In this document: piece after piece, positions 17,672 to 25,463 of the stretch
Layout of the letters: each line of letters opens with the position of its first letter
Position numbering within the stretch: position 1 is the stretch's first letter
Source of the DNA: an uncultured Nitrospiraceae bacterium
Lineage (GTDB): Bacteria > Nitrospirota > Thermodesulfovibrionia > Thermodesulfovibrionales > SM23-35
DNA: 64,000 nucleotides
Assembly: GCA_937138415.1 (NCBI GenBank)
Contig: CAKZPA010000041.1
Coordinates: 1,072 to 65,071 of the forward strand
Direction of reading: 5' to 3'
Position numbers and translations under genes: made by a program
The notes under the pieces: generated by a model
Database searches by the model: none
What the model saw: the letters and a program-made list of their open reading frames with translations, nothing else
Told to the model about the DNA's origin: nothing

Positions 17672-20600
17672 CTACGGACAAGAGCTGACTGGACGGTTGT
17701 TGTTGTAATTGTCGAGCTGGGTCGCCAGACAGTTCGCCAGGTTCGCATCAGCGGTGCTCAGCTTGGGGGTGTAAGGCAGCCCGTTGAACTTGTACTTGCC
17801 CAGCAGCAGGACAGCCCTGTCGATGTTTGTGATGGTTACACCGCTGACGGCGGCGCCCATGAAGCGATTCGCCTCCGCCGCGACAAGCTGCGCTGCCATG
17901 TTGAACAGCGGGTCGCTCGACATCTTCTTCTTGCCGTCAATGGTGGACTTGTTGAGTAAATTGACCGCCTTCGAGCAGTCGGGCGCGGCCTTGATGTTGT
18001 CGATCGTGCTGCTTGGGTCGCCCTTCAGAATCAGGTACCGAATGGCTGCATAGTCCGGCCATCCGGATCCTGCGTTCTGCGCCGACATCACCAGCCCATC
18101 AGGCGGGTTCGGCGTCATCGCGGTTGCGATTCCCAATGCGAGGTCGAGCATCCACTTTTGGCCGCCTTTGGATGTGGAGCAGGACGCCCAGTTCTTCCAG
18201 AACCCGATCGTCAACGCGCGTCCGCCCGGAGGCGGGGTGTTATCGACGTTGAACGTCCTCGTCGTACCCGCGGCCGCCGTAAAGTTGGCGCACACAGTCA
18301 GGTTGTCCACATTCGGGTTCGGGAGCGCCGGCGGTATGATGCTGTTTGGCACAAAAAGCGGCCCATCGCCCGCGAGGTTTGTGTTCCAGCCCGGGAATAC
18401 CCATTCGCATATCTGATAGGTCTGGCCGGGCAAGAGGACAGTTGTAAAGCTGATGTCGCCGCTGGCATCTGTGTTCTTCTGCTCGAGCACAGTCCCGTCT
18501 GAGGTGGTCGAAGCGTCCTTTCGCAACTGGAAGGTAAATGTCTGACCAGCAGCCGGCGCCTGCCCGCTGACGGTCTTGACCACCTTAGCGAGGCCGGTAA
18601 CCGTGTTCGTGACCGTGACCTCAGCGGTTCCACCCTTACTGATTGTTGCGGGGCTCCCGCTAATTATCTCGGCAGCCCAGGTGTAACCGTCGGGTGCGCC
18701 GGACTTCGATGTCTCGGTGACTGTGCAGGTGTTGCCCGCCGGGATATCGGTGATTGTTACGAAGCCCGGAGCCGGGTATTCTACGGTGGGCTTATGCGTG
18801 CCACCGTCGCCCGTGCAGACAGCTTCAACGCCGAAGGAGCCCGTGAAGCCCGCGCCGCCGCCGTTGACAACCTTGGTGATCTTCAATGACCCCTTGTCAC
18901 GCGTGATCGAGTTGGTTACCACGATCTCAAACGTCTCACCCTTCGTGCTGATCACAATTGAAGAGGGTGTATACGTGACCGTTCCCCACGTGTATCCGGT
19001 GATAGCAGCCGGTGCCGTCTCAACCACCGAGCAGGTGTTGCCCGTCGGGATGCCGCTGATCGTCTGCGATCCGCCTGCAGCCACGCTCCAGGTGCCGGTG
19101 TAACCGGTGCCGCAATCATACATGCCCGTAAAGGCAGCCGGCAGCGTCGCTTCATCAGGGTTGCTCACGCTCTTGGTGATCTTCAGCGAGCCGGTCTCGC
19201 GGGTGTTGGTCATGACACACTCGAACACATCCCCGTAGTCTTGAGGATAGTTCACCCAGAACTCACACGTACCCGCAGGGGCGCTACTGCTTTCCCACTT
19301 GCCGGATTCGCCGGTTTTCTCCCATCCTGCCTGCGCCGTCTCGGTAATGGTATACTGACAGCCGTCTTTGAGCAGTGCCTCGAAGGTCTCGAAACCGGTG
19401 CCTGTCGTAGTTTTGGTCTCATTCGGATCGTCACATCCGACGGTGTCGGTTGACAACGTGAAGGACCAGCCAGCCTCGGAGCCTGCCGGAGCCGTCACCT
19501 TCTTCACCTTGGCCCTCGCGATCAATTCCTGAGGAGTGGTGTTGGCGAAGGTCAGACTTCCCGCGCAGGTCGGCAGGTTGATGTTTTCGTACTGTGGATT
19601 ACTTTCCGGCGAGAAGCCCTTCACAGGCTGCTCGTACACTCTGTAATATCCCGGAGCCAAGCCGCCAATCGTGACGGACTTGCTCGCCGAATCGCCCGCC
19701 GCGAAGGTAATGGTTGGGCTGGGGCTTATGTAAGATCCCGTGCAATCGCCCGACATGCCTCCGGCGGGGCAGACGTCGAAAACAAAGCTGAGAGTCTCCT
19801 GCCCGGTGAGGATGCTTGGGTCGGGGATAGTCTTGGTAATCGTCAGTTTCACCGAGGCATCCGAATAGATCTCCACGAAAGCCTCGTCGCTATCAATCGT
19901 TTCGCCCGTTGTGCGGGCTACAACCGCCGTGTCAGTCAACATCCCGCTTGTTTTTATCTTCTGGTCCAGTTTGACGGTCTTGGTGAATTCCACAGCACCG
20001 ACCTTGCAACCGTCCTGGTTCGCGCAAGCCGTCTGACCGAGGGCCTGCCAGTTAACAGGGCCGACCGTGATCTCACCTAGAGCCGGATAGTTCGTGAAAC
20101 TCCAGGGGAATATCGGATCTACGGTAACTTCATCAACCGAAAAGCTGAGGCCTTCTCCGGTAATGGATTCTTCGTCTTTGACATTCACTACCGAATCCTG
20201 AACGTTTGTACGCACAGGCGCAGACGCTGTCGCCGTCGTAGTTCCCGGAATGGGCAAACCTGTTACCTTGTCAAAATACATAGCCGTCGCCACATCGCTC
20301 AGGCTTGTGACGTTGTATGGGGCATTATACGTATGAGTGAGGACGAGTTGAGTCGTGTTGGCAGGCACATCCACACGTCCCGAAGCGGCCGTATCGAGAG
20401 TAACCACCCCTCCGCCAGTATTGCCCCGGATCACGTCCGTCACATCGACGGTGACCGTTCTCGACGCAGGGTTCGTGGCATATACCTTGGTAACGACGGT
20501 GACCCAGCCGAAAGCGCCCGGCAGGATTTTCCACTCGATGTTTACCTTCACCTGCTTTTCAAAAACCGCTTCCGGATCGCAGACATCACCGAAGTTAACC

Positions 20601-21359
20601 GTTGCGTCATGAGGCGACTTACTGATGCTCCAGACGTAGTCGACATCCTGGTCTGCCGTCATGTTCTTGCTTAAGGACTGAGGCACCGCCTGCCTCACAG
20701 GAATTGAGACGGTCTTCTTGCCCGTTTTAAAATCTTCCTGTTCGAACATATACGACTGCAGAGACGATCCCGGATATTGACTCGCGCCGAGCGCAAGCCT
20801 GTTCGCCCAGTCAATAACGCACGTGGTACCGGAATTCTGTGTGATTGTAAGTATTCGATAGATCACCACGTCGACGCCGCCTGTCACTCCGGCTCTTTCA
20901 GCCATGACGGTAGAAGACATCCGGCAAGAGGAGTCGGAGAAGGCATTGAGTTGTGGCTGCCGGATTATCTGTGGTTCTGTTATCGAGTCGTAGCCGATCT
21001 TCCCGGACGTTTTATAGTCGGCTGCGATGATGACGTTATAGGTGACCGGAGTTCCACTGTTACCATTTCTGGCAATGAGCCGGTGCGGAACGAGGTCGAG
21101 TTCGTTCCAGCCCTTACCGAGGTTTCCCCGTTTGATAACGCGTGTCGTTGCCACCCAACGGCTCTGGATCGGGGCAAACAAAATTTCCATCCGCATTCGG
21201 CAGAAAAATTGTGCCATCGTTGTCGCAGCCGTTAAATGTGAAATTCACCGTGTTGGGCGGGTTGGTGTAAGCAGCGCCGGCGCTGCCCGACAGTCCCGCT
21301 ATCAAAACCAACGTGAGCATCGCGTGGACGAACACGTAAAAATACTTCTTGGATTTCAT
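17672..21359 (-). pseudogene. Giant secreted adhesin-like protein of about 1228 codons. The reading frame is broken by a single-nucleotide frameshift near 21121-21130 (authentic or an assembly error).
   Basis: AAAGGAGGGG then ATG 21359 gives signal peptide MKSKKYFYVFVHAMLTLVLIAGLSGSAGA. That frame stops at 21114. The 1181-aa frame (17672-21217) becomes protein-like only from NLGKGWNELDLV. 3688 nt minus 1 is exactly 1229 codons. Two tandem GSLKITK..C..GY(T)W.. domains lie at about 18590-19195, followed by a SpaA/prealbumin-like domain. Confidence 0.65.
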
Positions 21360-21551
21360 TTCTTTTCCCCTCCTTTCAATAAATTGTGCTGCATACTTCC
21401 TTGTCTGAAAATCGTTTGATTCTTCCCATAACCCCCCTTTCGTTTCAGGCATATTTTGCCTCTCAATCGTTAATAGCATCAATTTCCAGACTGCTGAAAC
21501 TCTCCCTCTGTTGTTATTGAATCTGCAATTCTTCAGACATCAATGTCTCAA

Positions 21552-21590
21552 TAAAAAAAACCGGGCTTCCTTTTTCTCTCGGCAGCCCGG
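21552..21590 (-). terminator. Intrinsic terminator acting as the riboswitch expression platform
   Basis: Minus strand reads CCGGGCU-N16-AGCCCGG followed by U8 (plus-strand A-run 21553-21560). Confidence 0.75.
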
Positions 21591-21672
21591 CCGTCTTCGA
21601 TGCGATGACATGAAGACCGAATGCTTTCCGTCCCCTCCTCACGAAGGGTTTGGCTTTATCGGAGATAAATCG
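21581..21672 (-). promoter_or_regulatory. c-di-GMP-I (GEMM-I)-like riboswitch aptamer
   Basis: The core GCCAAACCCUUCGUGAGGAGGGGACGGAAAGCAUUCGG was compared with the Vc2 core as remembered, GCAAACCAUUCGAAAGAGUGGGACGCAAAGCCUCCGG. 28 of 38 positions are identical. The 6-bp GNRA-capped hairpin is preserved with one compensatory pair. A second hairpin is GUCUUC/GAAGAC. The 3' element is GCCGGGCUGCC. Confidence 0.6.
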
Positions 21673-21977
21673 AGTCTTGCGGTCGCCTATGAATGCTCTG
21701 TTGGCTCGGTCCCACCTCCTACCGCACCCGAAGATACCTGCGCATCATGCCCCGTTCCTTTCCGTTCTTCTCTTCGGAGCGGGAAGAAGTTCTCTCTCGC
21801 TTCCCTCGGCACCCTCCGCCCTTATCATCGCGCCGGTCGCGGATGAGAGCGGCCGACGCCCGAGAGGTGTCACGCGCGACGGGAGCGCGCGCAAAAGGCG
21901 TCATTTTTTACGGCCCTTCGCCGATAAATTCTATATCGGCAAACTCGAAAGCGCAAGGGAAACCCCTTTCAAAGTAC

Positions 21978-22006
21978 ACTATACCGACGCGCGACGCGCG
22001 TTGCAA
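21978..22006 (-). promoter_or_regulatory. Candidate sigma70 promoter for the adhesin leader transcript
   Basis: Minus strand reads TTGCAA (22001-22006), 17 nt, TATAGT (21978-21983). Confidence 0.4.
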
Positions 22007-22110
22007 TAGAAAAGTTGCTTTTTACATTGGCACTATTGCTTTTTTCAAAAAAAATTTCCGCCTCTTCTATTCCATGCAAAGGAATCGGGTAAAATAGCTT
22101 AGTATCTTTC

Positions 22111-23076
22111 ATGGGGGGCTGGCGCGTGCACACAATGATTCGGTGGATCCGGAAAAACGCCCGTACACCTTACGTCCACAACACACGCACGCCTTTTCGG
22201 TCCGGCGGCTTCGCCGAGAGCAATGCCCGCCGACGTTCCCTCGGAGATCTCTTCGTCATCTCCTTGATCCTCCTTGCCGGAACCCTTTTCCTCCTTGCCT
22301 GCGCGCCGAAATATAGCCGGTACGATCCTGACCAGAAGCAGGCGCTGAGAACCCTCGCCGGCGGCGTCGCGGGAGTGCTCATCGCGGGCAACACGGGCGG
22401 AGCCATTGTCGGCGCATTCGTCGCGGACGTTGCGAGCGTCGCGACGATCAAGTACGAAGACAGGCTCCTCGAAAACGGAGATCAGGCCGCGAAGAGATAC
22501 CTCGACCAGGAGAAGAAAGCGGAGGAGAGAAAAGAGCAGGAACGGAAGGCGGAAGAATTGAGAGAGCAGGAGAGAAAAGCGGATGAGAGAAAGAGGCGGG
22601 AAGAGAAAGCGGAGGAACCGAAAGAGCGGGAAAAGAAGGCGGAGGAGGCAACACCGGAAGAGCAGAAGGCGGAAGAGGAGAAGCTCCGCGAGAAGAAAGC
22701 GGCGGAGGAAAGGGAGGCAGAGAAGAAAGCGGAAAAGAGATTGCGGGACAAGCGGGTGAAATTGATCATAGAAGATTCATCGCTCGCCTCGCATACGGTC
22801 GTGACCGGTTCCGTGGTGAAAGCCGTCGTGCGGTACACCGTCCTCGCTCCCGAGGGGACGGAAAAAGTGACCCTCACGGAAACGAGGAGGCTGTGGACGG
22901 CGTACACCGTCATCGAGATAGACACGAGGGACGTCGTGAGGGAATCCGGAACCTACCAGTCGACGATTCAGTTCAAACTGCCGGAAGATCTCCCGAGAGG
23001 ATACTGCGTTCTCTACACCACGGTGTCCGACGGGAGGCAGATAAAAACGGCCCGCTCCGTGATGAACGTTCTGTGA
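22111..23076 (+). CDS. Lipoprotein with a glycine-zipper segment, a long E/K/R/A charged repeat region and a beta-rich C-terminal domain
   Basis: Lipobox-like LFLLAC. Glycine zipper is GGVAGVLIAGNTGGAIVGAFVA. About 80 aa of (E/R)KAEE-type repeats follow. The start codon is uncertain. Confidence 0.55.
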   Translation: MGGWRVHTMIRWIRKNARTPYVHNTRTPFRSGGFAESNARRRSLGDLFVISLILLAGTLFLLACAPKYSRYDPDQKQALRTLAGGVAGVLIAGNTGGAIVGAFVADVASVATIKYEDRLLENGDQAAKRYLDQEKKAEERKEQERKAEELREQERKADERKRREEKAEEPKEREKKAEEATPEEQKAEEEKLREKKAAEEREAEKKAEKRLRDKRVKLIIEDSSLASHTVVTGSVVKAVVRYTVLAPEGTEKVTLTETRRLWTAYTVIEIDTRDVVRESGTYQSTIQFKLPEDLPRGYCVLYTTVSDGRQIKTARSVMNVL

Positions 23077-23222
23077 CGCCCCGCTGCTGCATGACGTCAT
23101 GATACTTCAGTAAACGGCGGGATCGCCACGCGCCCTTTCCCACGTCATTCCACGGCTTGACCCTGAAATCCATTCTTCCCTTTTTTTCTGTCATCACCCG
23201 ACTCCGATCGGTCGCCTCATGA

Positions 23223-23283
23223 CTCGCCAGAGGCGAGGGGATCCAGAATTAACGACAACCTGGATCCGCATCGAGTGCGGAAT
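23223..23283. repeat. REP-like hairpin cluster A
   Basis: Three hairpins: CTCGCC-aga-GGCGAG; GGATCCAG-N13-CTGGATCC; and TCCGCA-TCGAG-TGCGGA. The last is the same family as the hairpin at 25443-25463. Confidence 0.5.
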
Positions 23284-23396
23284 TAGAGGTTGCTGGATGA
23301 CGTCACAATTTCAATGAACGGCGATCTCGCCGTCAGGAGAGATGCTTCTGCTGCGAATCACAATGACAACCTTCTCACCGAGGATGCCATGCCCCG

Positions 23397-24527
23397 TCAA
23401 TGCACCATCTTCGCGATCACCTTCTCTTTGACGAACGCGACGACCCGCTCGACCTCTTCCCGCATCCGCTCCTTCCGCTCGCCTTCTATTGAGTAGCCTT
23501 CGCTCCTCAAGCGGCCGTCCGGGAACCCCGCGTCCGCGTTGCGCGCGAGAAAATCCGGCGGTATCGCGTCCGGCAGTTCGACCCCGTTCATGATCGCCCA
23601 CGCGAGCGTCCACGCCTTCGCGACATTCGGGATGTCGTACCCGCCGCCACCGAGCGCGACCCATTTCGGAGCAAGCTCTTTTATCATCTTCACCGCCTCG
23701 CAGAACCCGTTGACCGTATAGTTCAGGTGGGCGAGGGGGTCGGATCGGAAAGAGTCCACGCCAAGCTGGGTGAAGACGACGTCGGGCCTGAACCTCTCGA
23801 TGAGCGCGGGAACGGTCTCGCGAAACGCGTACAAGAACAGTTCATCGTCTGAGTACGGCGGCATCGGGACGTTCACGGAATATCCCTCTCCGCGACCTTC
23901 CCCCGTCTCGTTCTCGAACCCCGTGCCCGGGAAGAGCATCGTTCCCGTCTCGTGGATCGAAATGGTCAGCACGCGATCGGTTCGGTAGAATGCTTCCTGC
24001 ACGCCGTCGCCGTGATGGGCGTCAATGTCGATATAGACGACTCGCCGCCCTTTCTTGAGAAGCGACATGATGGCCACCACGGCGTCATTGATATAGCAGA
24101 ACCCGGAGGCCCTCGACGCGAGCGCGTGGTGGAGGCCTCCGGCGATGTTGAACGCGATGTCGGCCTCGCCGCCGTCGACGAGAGACGCCGCCTGGAGCGA
24201 CGCACCCGCCACGAGCAGAGACCAGTCGAGGAGTCCCTCGAACGCCGGGTTGTCGCCCGGACCGATGCCGAAGAACGGCCCGTAGAGAAGGTCCTTCCCC
24301 GTATTCGCCTCCTTCAAGGCATCCAGGTACTCTCTGCTGTGAAACGAAAGGACATCCGCATCGCTCGCCCTTTGGGCTTCAATGAAGCAGGTGTTCGGGA
24401 GATCGAGAAGCCCGAATGCCCCGATGAGTTCATACGCGAGCGCGAGCCGCGAGATCCTCAGGGGATGCGACGGCCCGTAATCGAAACGCTGGTATTCCTT
24501 CGTGTAGAGGAAGACGGTCTTCCGCAT
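23397..24527 (-). CDS. Histone-deacetylase-family enzyme (AcuC / acetoin-utilisation or acetylpolyamine amidohydrolase type)
   Basis: GGLHHA, FCYINDAV, DIDAHHGDGVQEAFY, GGGGY. Confidence 0.85.
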   Translation of the reverse strand: MRKTVFLYTKEYQRFDYGPSHPLRISRLALAYELIGAFGLLDLPNTCFIEAQRASDADVLSFHSREYLDALKEANTGKDLLYGPFFGIGPGDNPAFEGLLDWSLLVAGASLQAASLVDGGEADIAFNIAGGLHHALASRASGFCYINDAVVAIMSLLKKGRRVVYIDIDAHHGDGVQEAFYRTDRVLTISIHETGTMLFPGTGFENETGEGRGEGYSVNVPMPPYSDDELFLYAFRETVPALIERFRPDVVFTQLGVDSFRSDPLAHLNYTVNGFCEAVKMIKELAPKWVALGGGGYDIPNVAKAWTLAWAIMNGVELPDAIPPDFLARNADAGFPDGRLRSEGYSIEGERKERMREEVERVVAFVKEKVIAKMVH

Positions 24528-24531
24528 GGGT

Positions 24532-24966
24532 TCAGTCTTTCGATTTCCTGAACCTGTCGAGAGAGACTATCTTCGCGTCCTCGGGTCCTTTGCCTGTGGT
24601 TTTCGAGAAGTCTTCGGATTTCCCGCCGGCATCCCGCAGATCGATCATGTCCCACCGGTCGAGCTTTACTCTGGCGTCATGGGAAAAGATCGAGACAATA
24701 TCGTCGGCGTGGATGAAGCATTTCTCCGGCCTGTTGCCCGCGCCGAACCCGAGCACGGTCTGAATGCTGCCGTCCTCCAGCCAGACGAGATTTTTATTGT
24801 TCATCCTGGTGAAGACGAGGATCATTCCTTTATTCTTCTCCTCGTCGGTGAAGCCGCGCGTGCCAATGCGTGTCTTTTCCGAATACTTGACGACCATGAA
24901 CACCTTCCCGTAGTCGTTCAGGATGTCATAGAAGAGGTTCTGCAAATACCGAATCTGATTTTTCAT
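24532..24966 (-). CDS. SspB-like ClpXP adaptor protein
   Basis: By manual alignment the N-terminal fold block LQNLFYDILNDYGKVFMVV..ILVFTRMNNKNLVWLEDGSIQTVLGFGAGNRPEKCFIHADDIVSIFS parallels E. coli SspB. A disordered linker follows. The C-terminal IVSLDRFRK resembles the alpha-proteobacterial SspB ClpX-binding tail. Confidence 0.6.
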   Translation of the reverse strand: MKNQIRYLQNLFYDILNDYGKVFMVVKYSEKTRIGTRGFTDEEKNKGMILVFTRMNNKNLVWLEDGSIQTVLGFGAGNRPEKCFIHADDIVSIFSHDARVKLDRWDMIDLRDAGGKSEDFSKTTGKGPEDAKIVSLDRFRKSKD

Positions 24967-25162
24967 ATCTTAGCGTAATTCTACAATAGACGGAAGCCGA
25001 GGAAAAGACCACCGTTGATTCCCCAATAAGGGCACGTGAGAACCGAAATAATCGTTATCGGAGCAATTGATCATTTCCGTCACGCCCGAAGTTTCTCCGC
25101 CTCTTGCGTGGGGGCTGGCTGAATACAGCATTCATGGTTCGGCAAGCCCGCCCCGAGCGCAA

Positions 25163-25463
25163 TGTCATCCTTCGACACGCTTAGGATGACAGCCGCTAAT
25201 GGCCTCGGCGTGACACGTTGTCATGGCGAGCCCTTCGGTGAGTTCTGGGCAGGCTCGAGGAGACGAGATTGCTTCTCGACGTATACAGGGATTTCAGACA
25301 TCTTGCAAGAAATATCCATACGTTTAGAGCCTCTCTCGAATTCGCGTCATACCGGTGAAAGCCGGTATCCAGCGTCGTACGTGTTTAACACTTGCGATTC
25401 GTCATTCTCTGTTTTTAGAGAATAAAACGGCAACGTCACTGGATTCCGTGTCGAGCACGGAAT
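25163..25463. repeat. REP-like hairpin cluster B
   Basis: CCTTCGACACGCTTAGGATGACA (25169-25191). GTGACACGTTGTCATGGCGAGC (25210-25231). ATACCGG-tgaaag-CCGGTAT (about 25349-25368). ATTCCGTG-TCGAG-CACGGAAT (25443-25463). Confidence 0.6.

Noticed and set aside
21114-21135. Calling the adhesin frame break a programmed +1 ribosomal frameshift.
   Set aside because: There is no recognisable slippery or hungry-codon context or stimulatory structure. A homopolymer indel, biological or technical, is the simpler explanation. It is reported as an open question only.
22028-22043. TGGCAC..TTGC resembling a sigma-54 -24/-12 promoter upstream of the 22111 gene. This was of interest because rpoN is in the window.
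   Set aside because: The GG-to-GC spacing is about 3 nt too short for the TGGCAC-N5-TTGC(A/T) consensus.
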